A stretch of DNA of 64,000 bases from contig OZ244587.1 in the NCBI GenBank assembly GCA_965218095.1, forward strand, positions 3,616,001-3,680,000, written 5' to 3'. Made by a program: the position numbers and the translations under genes. The DNA comes from Candidatus Poribacteria bacterium (lineage in GTDB: Bacteria; Poribacteria; WGA-4E; PCPOR2b). Of this stretch, positions 20,041-30,093 are shown in pieces. The stretch's first letter is position 1, and each line of letters begins with the position of its first letter. A model generated the notes under the pieces. It was not told the DNA's origin. It saw nothing but the letters and a program-made list of their open reading frames with translations, and ran no database searches.

Positions 20041-21273
20041 TTAAAGCGTTGTCATCAATTTCCGGAATGCGTTCAGTTGCGGTTGAATCACATGTGGTTC
20101 AGGAACTCTTCCGTCGAGGGCTTCGATGGTTTTCAGCCCGTTACCGGTGATGCTGACAACAATGCGATCGTCCCGACTGATGCGTCCACTTTCGATTAGC
20201 TTTTTCGCCGCCGCGAGCGTGACGCCGCCTGCCGTTTCAGTGAAGATGCCTTCCGTCGCCGCAAGGAGTTTGATGGATTCGACGATTTCATCATCGGTCG
20301 CATGTTCCCCGTATCCACCCGAATCCCGCACCGTTGCGGTGGCATAAATTCCGTCGGCGGGGTTGCCAATCGCGAGGGATTTGGCGATGGTGTTCGGTTT
20401 AACCGGCTTGACGAAATCACTATTCTCCTTGAGCGCCGTGACGATAGGTCCACAGCCTTCAGCCTGTGCGACGTGAATCTTCGTTTTCGGCGCGTTGATT
20501 AGGCCCAGCATATGGAATTCTTTCAGCGCCTTGCCGACCTTTGTAATAAGCGAACCGCCCGCCGCAGGCACGATGATGTGATCGGGCGCCTCCCAACCGA
20601 GTTGCTCAATGATCTCATACGTGAAAGTCTTGGAGCCTTCCGCATAAAATGGACGGATATTGATGTTGACAAACGCCCACGGGTAGACGCCGGCAATTTC
20701 GCTGCATAGGCGGTTAACATCGTCGTAGGTGCCTGTGATGCCAACCACCGTCGGTGCGTAAACGAGCGAAGCGACTACTTTGCCCATCTCCAAATCCGCA
20801 GGAATAAAGATGAAGCAGTTGAGGTTGGCAATCGCCGCGTTTGCCGCGACGGAGTTTGCCAGATTGCCGGTCGAAGCGCACGAAACGGTGTCGAAGCCAA
20901 ACTCCTTCGCTTTACTCAGCGCAATTGCAACCACACGGTCTTTGAAGGAAAGGGTCGGGTGACACACCGAGTCATCTTTGATATAAAGCGTCTCCACGTC
21001 GAGCGCTGCCTCCAGATTTTTGGCGCGGATCAACGGCGTGAATCCCGAATTGAACCCGTCCGTCGGTTCTCCGTCAATTGGCAGCAGGTCGGCATAACGC
21101 CAGAGGCTTGCAGGCCCTCGCTCAATCGATTCACGCGAGATCGACTTTTGGATCTCCTCATAGTTGTAGTCCACCTCAAGTGGACCAAAACAGAACTCAC
21201 ACACATGCAGAGGTTCTTTGGGATACTTTCTCTCACATTCACGACATTTCAATCCCAATACTTTTTCTTTCAT
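20041..21273 (-). CDS. thrC: Threonine synthase-like PLP enzyme (Zn-ribbon subtype)
   Basis: CREC..VCEFCFGPLEV, PTLSFKDR (PLP Lys), ASTGNLA, EGSKT and TGNGLKT motifs. GGAG precedes the ATG at 21273. Confidence 0.9.
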   Translation of the reverse strand: MKEKVLGLKCRECERKYPKEPLHVCEFCFGPLEVDYNYEEIQKSISRESIERGPASLWRYADLLPIDGEPTDGFNSGFTPLIRAKNLEAALDVETLYIKDDSVCHPTLSFKDRVVAIALSKAKEFGFDTVSCASTGNLANSVAANAAIANLNCFIFIPADLEMGKVVASLVYAPTVVGITGTYDDVNRLCSEIAGVYPWAFVNINIRPFYAEGSKTFTYEIIEQLGWEAPDHIIVPAAGGSLITKVGKALKEFHMLGLINAPKTKIHVAQAEGCGPIVTALKENSDFVKPVKPNTIAKSLAIGNPADGIYATATVRDSGGYGEHATDDEIVESIKLLAATEGIFTETAGGVTLAAAKKLIESGRISRDDRIVVSITGNGLKTIEALDGRVPEPHVIQPQLNAFRKLMTTL

Positions 21274-21327
21274 TTTTCTCTCCATTGGTTTAGAATATTA
21301 GGTTCTGTAGTTCAAAGCACCAGAAAT

Positions 21328-21362
21328 AAAAAAGCCTATTACCACGGTTGTGATAATAGGCA
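21328..21362 (-). terminator. Intrinsic terminator in the thrC 5' leader
   Basis: GCCTATTATCAC-AACC-GTGGTAATAGGC-TTTTTT on the minus strand, about 55 nt before the start codon. Confidence 0.85.
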
Positions 21363-21404
21363 ATCCTGTAGAGCATATATGTTAAACACAATCTCAATTC
21401 AGAT

Positions 21405-21536
21405 CTAAAGCTGCCTATTTTCACCCAAACCCATGAACATTGCGATAGCAATGCCCATGCAACGCATGTACATTGTCGTATTCACAAAGCAGATAAGGGG
21501 GTAAATCGGGGGAGTATTGAAGTGAGATTGCTGCAC
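21405..21536 (-). CDS. Putative Met/Cys-rich leader peptide (43 aa)
   Basis: GTG...TAG frame reading MQQSHFNTPPIYPLICFVNTTMYMRCMGIAIAMFMGLGENRQL; AGGT lies 9 nt upstream; the 3' end overlaps the antiterminator arm. Confidence 0.6.
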   Translation of the reverse strand: MQQSHFNTPPIYPLICFVNTTMYMRCMGIAIAMFMGLGENRQL

Positions 21537-21581
21537 TATTTTATTACCTGTATTGTTTTGTTTGCTTGCAAAATTTGCTTT

Positions 21582-21611
21582 ATTTTAGCACAAGCCCTTA
21601 TATAAAGGCAA
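21582..21611 (-). promoter_or_regulatory. Sigma70-type promoter for leader-thrC
   Basis: TTGCCT-N18-TAAAAT with an extended TG. Confidence 0.55.
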
Positions 21612-21737
21612 GCGAAAATCATCAACCAACATAAGGAGTAACTTATAATATGTCTCCTGGTGAATTTGCACTTATTTTTGACTTGAGCCACAAACCCTGC
21701 ACAAACCTGAAAAATAAAATACCATCACCGCTGATTA

Positions 21738-22192
21738 TTACTCCAGGTAGGGTTCGATAGAATCCTCCCGTCTTGGCTTGAGACTGTTTCGCATGATTAA
21801 GCGTGCGCAGGTATTCCAGCGGAGAATGGCATCGTCGTTTCCAGGTGGATGAATGGCTTCGGCTTTCTCGAAATGTTCCGTCGCGTCGCGGAACGATTCA
21901 TACGCAATATATTTACTGCCCGGTATTCCTTGATTGAGAGTCGCCTTAGCCCGGCGTTCACAGATAATCCCGGCGTAGTAATGACGTTCATATTCATCCT
22001 GAAGACGCGGTAAAAGTTCACGTGCCTGGTTTAGATTTCCGATGATTCCTTCAGCGAATTGATCGGTGATAGCCAACAGCGTGACAAGCGCCTCATCGTT
22101 TTCCGGGTCAATCTCAAATATGTCAAGGCAGATGCTTTCGGTAGATCCGGGTTCATTGAGCAGTCGATGGATAGCGGTTTCAGTTCAAACAT
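21738..22192 (-). pseudogene. Conserved helical (TPR-like) hypothetical protein, N-terminus disrupted
   Basis: AGGAG precedes MFELKPLS; a frame break follows, then RLLNEP..SICLDIFEIDPEN...DAILRWNTCAR. Confidence 0.55.
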
Positions 22193-22317
22193 GATTTCTC
22201 CTGTTCGCGTTTGGAGTGGGTATGGTCACCTTTCCAAACGATAATGTTGAATTTGCCGACTATTTCATCTTCGCCGGGAGGATCTTTGACTTATGATGGT
22301 CGGTGTTAGCGCTACGC

Positions 22318-23193
22318 CTATATGCCCAACTTTGCCAGTACAGCTTGGGTGGAGATCATGTGTTTACTGAAGCCCAACTCCTTCGGCAAGAAACCAAGCG
22401 CCAGGCCAATCAACTGCGGAAGGTGTAGAACTGGCATATCAAGCTGACGGCCGACCACTCGGCTGACGCCAGGCTGCTGGAGGTCGAGGTTCATGTGACA
22501 GAGTGGGCAAGGTGTTACCATGCAGTCTGAACCTTTGTCCTTCGCTTCGCCGATGTGCTTCCCTGCCATTTTGAACGCCGCCTCTTCGTTCTCTAAGCCG
22601 ATGGGAAAGCCGCAGCAGCGAGTCTTGCCGTCATAGTCCACGGGGATTGCACCCAGGGCTTCAATCACGCACTCCATTGAAGTCGGGTTGTCGGGGTCAT
22701 CAATACCCATGATGGTCGCGGGACGCAGGATGTAGCAACCGTAAAATGGTGCAACCCGCAGGTCAGTCAACGGCTTTTTGACCTTGTCGCGCAGATTGTC
22801 CAGGCCAAGCTCCTTGATAATGACGTAGAGAATGTGCGTGACATTCACACCCCCGTGATACCCGTGCCCGCCGGACTTGAGTACCGCGTTGACCTCTGCG
22901 CGGTAGCCTTCATCCTCGGACAGTTTCTGATTGCTTTTGCGAAGGCAGCCGATGCAGGTTGAGCAGATCGTCATCAGCGGCAAGTCCAACTCTTCAGCGA
23001 GCGCAAGGGTCTTGGCGTTATAAGTGTCGGCGAGGACCGGATTCTGCGCTTGCAAAACGCCCGCACCGGTGCAAGGGGCACCATCGAGTTCAACCAACTC
23101 AATGCCGAGCAGCGGTGCAATCTTTTTGGTAGATTGGTTTAGTTCAGGACAGTTTCCCCTGGCGACACAGCCGGGAAAATAAGCAACTCTCAT
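22318..23193 (-). CDS. CCG-domain (HdrB-like) subunit of succinate dehydrogenase
   Basis: AYFPGC, CSTC, FYGC, CCG and [11 protein letters not shown] motifs; follows sdhB. Confidence 0.9.
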   Translation of the reverse strand: MRVAYFPGCVARGNCPELNQSTKKIAPLLGIELVELDGAPCTGAGVLQAQNPVLADTYNAKTLALAEELDLPLMTICSTCIGCLRKSNQKLSEDEGYRAEVNAVLKSGGHGYHGGVNVTHILYVIIKELGLDNLRDKVKKPLTDLRVAPFYGCYILRPATIMGIDDPDNPTSMECVIEALGAIPVDYDGKTRCCGFPIGLENEEAAFKMAGKHIGEAKDKGSDCMVTPCPLCHMNLDLQQPGVSRVVGRQLDMPVLHLPQLIGLALGFLPKELGFSKHMISTQAVLAKLGI

Positions 23194-23410
23194 AAAAATC
23201 TCCTGTATCAATTGTGAAGTGGGAATGGTGTACTATCACTAAATATTTGGTGCACTCCACCTACTTGGGCGCATGAACCCCGTAGCGTAGCGTATAATGC
23301 GTGAAACGTGATGCGTGAGATGCTTCACGTTTTACGTTTCAGTTATGAATCCAGTCATGGTGGGAATTCTCACGAATATAGTAATAGTACAGTAAAATGA
23401 ACCATGCCTA

Positions 23411-24373
23411 CTATTTCCCTTTTTTCCCTTCCAACTCCTCATGTATGCGCTTCACATCCTCGACCTCTGTCACCGACGGATGCGTGCCGGGTAAGGGGGG
23501 TTTGATTTTACCTTTCATGGTCGCCTTGATTGCTGTGCCCATGTTCTTAAAGGCCCAGCCCAAACCCGCTGCCTTAACGGGCAGTGTACGCTCATCAAGT
23601 ACGCCGGTGTGTGCCACGCTCTCGGTGAAGTGAAGCACATGTTTCGCGCCGATGTTATCGGTCAACCCCTCGTCAATTGCCAGTTCGCGTAACTTGATGA
23701 TCCCATCCATCGGCGCAACGGCCTTCGGACAGACCTGCACGCACTCCAAACAACGCGTGCAATCCCAGATGCCGCCTTCTTCACTCAGGTTGGTTAGCCA
23801 CTCTTTGGTTTTGGCGTGACGTGGGTCGCCGACCACACGGTACGCTTTCGCCAGCGCCGCTGGGCCTAAAAATTTTGAGTCCACCTCTAGCACTGTGCAA
23901 TCGCTCACGCACGCGCCGCACATAATGCAATTCATCGGTTGTTGCAGCTCGACCATCTTGCTCTGCGGGACTTGATATTCACGTTCCGGCGGTTCGCCTT
24001 CGGTCTCAATCCACGGCTTAACCTGCTTTAACTTGTCCCAGAACATATCCATATCGGTTACGAGGTCTTTGATCACCTTCATGTTGCCCATCGGCTCCAC
24101 ACGAATCTCTTCACCGTTTGGCGCGAGGGTCGAAACTTTGGTCTTACACCCCAACTTCGCGTGCCCGTTGACCCGAAACGAGCATGAGCCGCAAACCGCA
24201 CTGCGACAGGAGCCGCGCATTGTCAGTGTGCCATCTATCTCGTCACGGACTTGGATCAACGCGTCTAGCACCGTCGCAAAGTCGGGCAGGTCTTCCACCT
24301 GATAGGTGTCATAATGGGGTTCCTGGTTTTTCTGCGGGTCGTAACGATAGACTTTTAGATTGGCTTGTATCAT
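23411..24373 (-). CDS. sdhB: Succinate dehydrogenase/fumarate reductase Fe-S subunit
   Basis: SCRSAVCGSC, CIMCGACVSDC and CTRCLECVQVCP motifs. Confidence 0.95.
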   Translation of the reverse strand: MIQANLKVYRYDPQKNQEPHYDTYQVEDLPDFATVLDALIQVRDEIDGTLTMRGSCRSAVCGSCSFRVNGHAKLGCKTKVSTLAPNGEEIRVEPMGNMKVIKDLVTDMDMFWDKLKQVKPWIETEGEPPEREYQVPQSKMVELQQPMNCIMCGACVSDCTVLEVDSKFLGPAALAKAYRVVGDPRHAKTKEWLTNLSEEGGIWDCTRCLECVQVCPKAVAPMDGIIKLRELAIDEGLTDNIGAKHVLHFTESVAHTGVLDERTLPVKAAGLGWAFKNMGTAIKATMKGKIKPPLPGTHPSVTEVEDVKRIHEELEGKKGK

Positions 24374-24437
24374 AGCGTCATCTCCTTTTCATCGACAATT
24401 GACAATTTTCAATCATCATTTCTCGATCGTTAATTCA

Positions 24438-24523
24438 TTAATATTTCTACATCTTTGGCTTCTATTTGGTAATCGCCACCGGCAAGCGTCAATCGCGGGA
24501 GCGTTAGAGGTGGAACAGACAAG
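24438..24523 (-). repeat. Degenerate copy of the sdhA 3' end
   Basis: Aligns codon by codon to 24960-25046 (PAID-LPVAITK*KPKM*KY* versus PAIDYLPVTITKWQPEARKY*). Confidence 0.9.
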
Positions 24524-24586
24524 CGTTTATCAGAAAGCGGCAGCAACGTCAACTTCTTTTGTTTCTGCCATGATCTATTCTGGCGG

Positions 24587-24949
24587 TTACACCGATTCCA
24601 ATTCGTCGAGATACCACCACCAATACGCTTTGGGCATCTTTAGCCGCTGGCGCTCGTACTTGTAGTAATCAAGCGCATGGTCCAGAATCATCCACCACTT
24701 CTTGAAGAAGATTTTGTCAAATTTCTGTACTCGCTGCCAAAGGGAAGCAAGGGCCCCGCCTGTACCACAATGCTTAAATTCCTTTTCCAACGAATCCCGC
24801 TGGAACAACAGGATACCGATTTCCTCCGTCAAGGTATCGTTTTGATGAGCGATTTCTCGCGGGAGAATTTTGGTCAGAGTAACCCTATACCGGAGCACTT
24901 GCTCTCGGAGTTCTTTCAACTCTTTTTTCGTTAGCTGCTGTCGCGCCAT
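24587..24949 (-). CDS. Hypothetical 120-aa protein ending in P..YWWWYLD, inserted between sdhA and sdhB
   Basis: Intact ORF starting 10 nt after the sdhA stop codon. Confidence 0.75.
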   Translation of the reverse strand: MARQQLTKKELKELREQVLRYRVTLTKILPREIAHQNDTLTEEIGILLFQRDSLEKEFKHCGTGGALASLWQRVQKFDKIFFKKWWMILDHALDYYKYERQRLKMPKAYWWWYLDELESV

Positions 24950-24959
24950 TGCTTCGCCC

Positions 24960-26663
24960 TCAATACTTCCGCGCCTCCGGCTGCCATTTGGTAATCGTCA
25001 CCGGCAAGTAGTCAATCGCAGGACCGTCAGGGGTATGGTAGACAACCACATGCTTAAGCCAGTTCTCGTCGTCACGGTTAGGGCAGTCCGTGCGTGTGTG
25101 TGCGCCGCGGCTCTCCTTGCGAGCAAAGGCGCTGGCGATAATCGTTTCCGCGCAGTCGAACATGTAGTCCAACTCCAGGACCGCGAGCAAATCGGTATTG
25201 AACACACGCCCCTTGTCATGAACGGAGACGGTCGGATAGCGCTCGCGGACGGCGAGAATTTGGCGCTGTGCCTCAAGCAAACCTGCCTCTTCACGAAACA
25301 CGCCAGTAAACTCGTGCATAATGTTGCCCATCTCCAGGCGCAATATCGCTGAACGCACGTCGGTCGAACGAGCGAAGATGTCAGCAATTTTCTGCTCCTC
25401 TGTATGCCCGACCTGCTCGGAAACCTTGGCAGCCTTGATGCTCGTGGCATATTCCGCTGCATGTACACCCGCTCTCCGACCGAACGCCACGCAGTCCAGC
25501 AAACTGTTGCCGCCCAATCGGTTCGCCCCATGCGCCGAGACACAAGCAGCCTCGCCGGCGGCGTACAAGCCGGGCAGCGGTTCCGCGCCATCGCCGTTAT
25601 GCCGATAGCAACGCCCGTCTACATCAGTCTTAATGCCACCCATCATGTAATGCATCCCCGGGCAAATGGGCAGGGGTTTTTGCGTAATGTCCACGTCAGC
25701 GTAATCCAGTGCGAGTTCGGAAATCTGATGGAACGCCTCTAAGATGCGGTCTTTGATATGACGGCAATCCAGAAGTACGCAGCCATCTACCCCGCGTCCC
25801 TCTTGAATCTCAATCGTCTCTGCACGGGAGACAACATCACGGGAGGCTTTTTCCGCCAGTATCGTTGCCCCGTAGCGTTCCTCCTGCATAAACCGATCTC
25901 CCTCGGAGTTCAGCAAATACGCACCTTCGCCGCGTGCCCCCTCTGTGATGAGAAAGCCGTTGGCGGGAAGCGTGGTCGGATGATATTGCACCATCTCCAT
26001 GTCCATGAGCAGTGCGCCTGCGCGGTAGGCTAAGGCCAACCCATCACCCGTCACGATAAGTCCATTGGTGCTTGGTTCGTAAACCCGTCCACAGCCGCCG
26101 GTGCAGAGGATGACCGCTTTTGCCTTGAAAACTTCCAACTTGCCGCTGACCATCTCCATCGCCACTGCACCGCAACATGCCCCATCCTCCATAAGCAGTG
26201 TCGTCACGAACCATTCGTCGTAGGATTTGACATTGTTTTTGAGCAGTCGTTCATACATGACATGCAGGATGGTCTGCCCAGTCATGTCACCGACATGGCA
26301 GGTGCGGCTCTTGTCAGTGCCACCGAAGCCGCGCATGTGGATGTATCCCTTTTCGTCGCGGTCGAAGATGACGCCCCAATGTTCAAGGGTGAAAACGTCT
26401 TCAATGCCTTCGCGGCACAGAATCTCGATGGCGTCCTGGTCACCTAAGAAGTCGCTGCCCTTAACGGTTTCATAGGCGTGGACCTCCCACGAGTCCTCAA
26501 TGCCGATTGCTGCGTTGATGCCGCCTTGCGCCGCCGCCGAATGAGAGCGCGTCGGGTAAACCTTAGACATCATCGCCACATTGGCGCCTGCCTCTCCCGC
26601 ATGTAGGGCGGTGCTCATTCCCGCTAAACCACCACCAATAACGAGCACATCGTGTTCAATCAT
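24960..26663 (-). CDS. sdhA: Succinate dehydrogenase/fumarate reductase flavoprotein
   Basis: GGGLAG, RSHSAAAQGG, QYHPT, TEGARGEG, HGANRLGGNSL and ESRGAH motifs. Confidence 0.97.
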   Translation of the reverse strand: MIEHDVLVIGGGLAGMSTALHAGEAGANVAMMSKVYPTRSHSAAAQGGINAAIGIEDSWEVHAYETVKGSDFLGDQDAIEILCREGIEDVFTLEHWGVIFDRDEKGYIHMRGFGGTDKSRTCHVGDMTGQTILHVMYERLLKNNVKSYDEWFVTTLLMEDGACCGAVAMEMVSGKLEVFKAKAVILCTGGCGRVYEPSTNGLIVTGDGLALAYRAGALLMDMEMVQYHPTTLPANGFLITEGARGEGAYLLNSEGDRFMQEERYGATILAEKASRDVVSRAETIEIQEGRGVDGCVLLDCRHIKDRILEAFHQISELALDYADVDITQKPLPICPGMHYMMGGIKTDVDGRCYRHNGDGAEPLPGLYAAGEAACVSAHGANRLGGNSLLDCVAFGRRAGVHAAEYATSIKAAKVSEQVGHTEEQKIADIFARSTDVRSAILRLEMGNIMHEFTGVFREEAGLLEAQRQILAVRERYPTVSVHDKGRVFNTDLLAVLELDYMFDCAETIIASAFARKESRGAHTRTDCPNRDDENWLKHVVVYHTPDGPAIDYLPVTITKWQPEARKY

Positions 26664-27016
26664 AAAACTTTCCTATGTCCTTTCTTAACTATAGAACTTA
26701 CAGCGAGACAGATTCAAACCGCGCTATAATATACCAAAACCTTGTGAAATTTGTCACTATGAAGGATCCAATTAGAAGTTGACAAAACGAGCAGAAAACC
26801 GGTCGATGTCGCCGCTGGATCGATTGAGAAGAATCGCAAGACTTTTCTGAGAATCTCCCCAACCAGAAGTCCGTTAAGTCCTTATGTCAACTGGCTTTGG
26901 CACAAATACACTGCGCGATAATCCAAGGAATCGCACTGAAGTTGTTAAGGTTCTGAAAGCGTTTGGTGCGAAAGCATAAGGTGAAAACCTTTGAAAGGTT
27001 CACAACTTTTCAAAGA

Positions 27017-27829
27017 TTAGTCACCGATCACTGCCTTCATCTTCTCTAACCCGATTCGTGCAACTTCGCGTGGATCTTCCTGCTAATAATTTGAGTTGAA
27101 CAACTCTAAAGAGATGACTCCCTGATACCCCGCCTCCTTCAGAATGGAGATCATCTGTCGCAGGTCAAGGATGCCATTGCCAGGATAGACGCGATCGGCA
27201 TCGGTCTGTTGCTCCCGCAGCGGTGAAGCGGGCGCATCGTTAAAGTGAAAAATGGCGATCTTGTCCGCCGGGATGCCCTGCATGTCGTCGATCTGACCGC
27301 CGCCCCGGAAGATGTGGAATGGATCCAGCACAATGGTGCTATCCGGATGATCTGCGACGGTGATGACCTCCCAGGCGTGCTTGACCTGGTTGACCCCAGC
27401 GACAAATCCGAGGAATTCCATCGCGGGCTTAACGCCAAATTCACGCCCCAATTCGAGGAGTTCACGGTAATTCTGTCCGCCCAATTGCAGGTTTGCTATC
27501 CCACGCGGCGGGCTTGCGATGATGTAAGTCGCCTCGACGGCGGCAGCTTGTGCCATCCGTCGTTTTGCCGACTCAATGGCTTGCTGATATTCTTTGCCGG
27601 TTGTGTCGAACCAACCGTGAAGTGCGATGACAGTCGGCACGGGCAATCCGTGGTTGTCAAGCGCGCGTTTCACATCTGCCAGCGAACCGCCTTCCTGCTC
27701 GTAAGTGGTGAGCTCATCATTCCATAGTTCAATCGCCTCATAGCCGGTTTTGCTCGCTATACGGATCTTATCCATTAAATCCACCGGTCGAATCGTGCTA
27801 GTATTGAATGCGAGTGTAAATTGACTCAT
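27017..27829 (-). pseudogene. Xylose-isomerase-like TIM-barrel epimerase with a late premature stop
   Basis: MEFLG, LDPFH, HFND and SLELF motifs; TAG at 27083, then QEDPREVARIGLEKMK continues in frame. Confidence 0.8.
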
Positions 27830-27839
27830 CTGTTCCTCC

Positions 27840-28652
27840 CTATTCACCAATCTGCTCAAGCAATCCGTTAATAAATCGGACATCGATGCGCGCGAGATCA
27901 GTGACAGTCTCTACCGACTCTCCGCTGTATTCGCTGTGGAAGCTGACAGGGCCATCGTAGTTCATCTCTTTCAAGGCTCTCATGGCTGTTACCCAGTCCA
28001 CAAATCCGTGTCCCATTCGCACAACCCGACTGTGACTCCCACTCCCCGGCATCCGTATCAGATCTTTGAACGCCATCACCGCGAGGTAATCTTTCACGAT
28101 ATCGAGTGCCATATCGATCGGTTCTCCTACAATCGAGAGGTGCCCCGTATCTGCGAAGACGCCCACAAAGCGAGGATCAAATCCTTTAACGAGGTTCATC
28201 ACCGTAGCTGAATTCAGTCCCATGGAAGTTCCTGAATGGTTGTGGAGGCAGGTGCGAACACCATGTTTCTCTGAGAGGGCTTGAAAACCTTCGAGGGCTT
28301 TGCGGATGTGATCGACCTGTTGCCAGTAGCTGCCATCGTCCTTCGACCAGTGCCAGTAACCGATCTTAGTGTTAGTCACGCCGGCTTCACCGCAGGCCGC
28401 GTATACGCGCTGGATGTCAGCGTCTTGCGGATCGAGAAAACTAGTTGGTGTCGTCACGAGCGGAATCGATAGCCCCTCCGCCGCCAATTGTTTGGCAACG
28501 GCTGGTAGTGCTTTCTCTGCATTTTCGGGGTTGACCGGATAGCCGGGACGCACACAGAGGTCTGCGCCTTCTACGCCAACGGATTTCAGGACGCTGATAA
28601 TACCTGCAACATCTAAGCCTTCCAGGTGTTTCGTGAACATGATGTATTTCAT
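27840..28652 (-). CDS. Sugar phosphate isomerase/epimerase (TIM barrel)
   Basis: LHNHSG, DTGH, FKD, GHGFVDW and SFHSEY motifs. Confidence 0.85.
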   Translation of the reverse strand: MKYIMFTKHLEGLDVAGIISVLKSVGVEGADLCVRPGYPVNPENAEKALPAVAKQLAAEGLSIPLVTTPTSFLDPQDADIQRVYAACGEAGVTNTKIGYWHWSKDDGSYWQQVDHIRKALEGFQALSEKHGVRTCLHNHSGTSMGLNSATVMNLVKGFDPRFVGVFADTGHLSIVGEPIDMALDIVKDYLAVMAFKDLIRMPGSGSHSRVVRMGHGFVDWVTAMRALKEMNYDGPVSFHSEYSGESVETVTDLARIDVRFINGLLEQIGE

Positions 28653-28915
28653 AGGAAATGATTCCTTTCTGTTTGGAGGCGCCACAAGTTGGGAAACGTA
28701 CCGTCACTTTTTAGACGCTTGCAGATAATACCATAAAACTGTCAGAGAATCAAATTCTCGATAGCAGACCTGTAAATTTTAGAATTAAATGGCGTGATTT
28801 TTTTAGGGTTATTTGTCGCAATCCGCTATAAAAATAAATCGCGTGCTCTTCCAAGGTTTCACCACCGGACCCTAGCCAGCATCTATAACAAGATTATATT
28901 ATGCACGCCTCCCCT

Positions 28916-30036
28916 TTAGAAAAGAGTTGATGCCCCGACTCTGTGGATATTGATTGCAGCGTTACGGTCTCTGGCAAGCTTAGCATGGCAAGACGGACAC
29001 TGCCAGACTCTCTCACCTAATTCGAGGGTGTCGTTGATACCGCCACATTCAGAGCGGGTCTTTAATGACGGTAACCATTGACTGATGAAGTGGACGGACT
29101 TCCCCTTCTTTGACGCAACAGATTTGAGGATTTCAACGAATGCCCCGAACCCTAAATCACTCACCTTGCGTCCCCAAAGCCGTTTCATCCCTTTCAGATT
29201 CAGCGTCTCAAAGAAAAGCGTGTCGTATTCATCAGTCAACTGATGCGCCAGTTTCCAGTGAAAATCATGTCGCTGGTTGGCTATCTTGCGATGCTTCCGT
29301 GCAAGATTCAATCGTGCCTTGTACCGATTGTGACTGCCTCGTTTCCGCCGTGAAAGTTGACGATTCGCTTGTTTGATAGCACGGATGCCACGCTTAAAGA
29401 ATAGCGGAGATTCCACATCTTGTCCGTCTGATGCCGTGAGATAGGTTTTCAGACCGAAATCGAAACCTGCGCTTTTACCCGTCATGGTCGGATTCGGGTC
29501 AATGTTTAGAGCATCTATTACAACGAAGATATAGAAATCGCCAAGCGAATCCCGTTTGATAGTACAAGTTTTGGAGGTGCCTTCTATCGGGCGACAATCC
29601 CAGTAGCGGTATATCCGTTTGCCGATGCGGATATAGCCGTTGCCAAGCCACTTCCACTCCGCTTGTTTCAGCGTGAAGGACTTGTATCTGTGCCGGGATT
29701 TGAAAGTGGGTGGCACCGTTTTGATACCGTGTTTAAGATTGCGGAAAAACAGTTGGTATGCCCGGTCAATCCGCTCGACGATGTCTTGAATGGCTTGACT
29801 GCCAAGTTCGTTCCAGTGTTGAAATTTCGCAAGTTGCTTCAATTTCGTGAGATGAAGTTTCAGCCGATTGGCAGACAGGGATTTACCGAATAATCGATAA
29901 TATCGTTTGTGAAAGGCAATACAATGGTTGTAGACATCGCCATAGCTTTCAATCTGACGGTGCAAATGTCTATTTCGCTTGTGGTGATACAATTTGAATT
30001 TGTAAGTTTTGATGGGGGGGGCTTTCTGTCTTTCAT
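28916..30036 (-). mobile_element. tnpB: IS200/IS605-family TnpB, solo and probably inactivated
   Basis: KTYKFKL, GFDFG (RuvC-I), FETLN (RuvC-II) and RDRNAAINI (RuvC-III). Frame break in the G8 run near 30014-30021; the first Zn-finger Cys is replaced by Arg. End-like hairpin CCCAATC-N6-GATTGGG near 30154-30173. Confidence 0.9.
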
Positions 30037-30052
30037 GCCTTTTCGATGAGGT

Positions 30053-30093
30053 GTAGGGGCACCGGCGAAGCTGCCGGTGGTCGAATCCCCTAC
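30053..30093. repeat. GTAG-type REP-like palindrome
   Basis: GTAGGGG...CCCCTAC enclosing CACCGGC-N6-GCCGGTG. Confidence 0.6.

Noticed and set aside
21290-21580. SAM-I riboswitch or T-box upstream of thrC
   Set aside because: No SAM-I core motifs or T-box GGTGGNACC consensus were visible.
24438-24960. Integron cassette with attC
   Set aside because: No attC-like structure or IntI; the boundaries are explained by the sdhA end duplication.
26840-26980. Ankyrin-like tail (TEVVKVLKAFGAKA*); also a PD40-like WSPDGK fragment near 30270-30310
   Set aside because: Both are too short and degraded to support as features.
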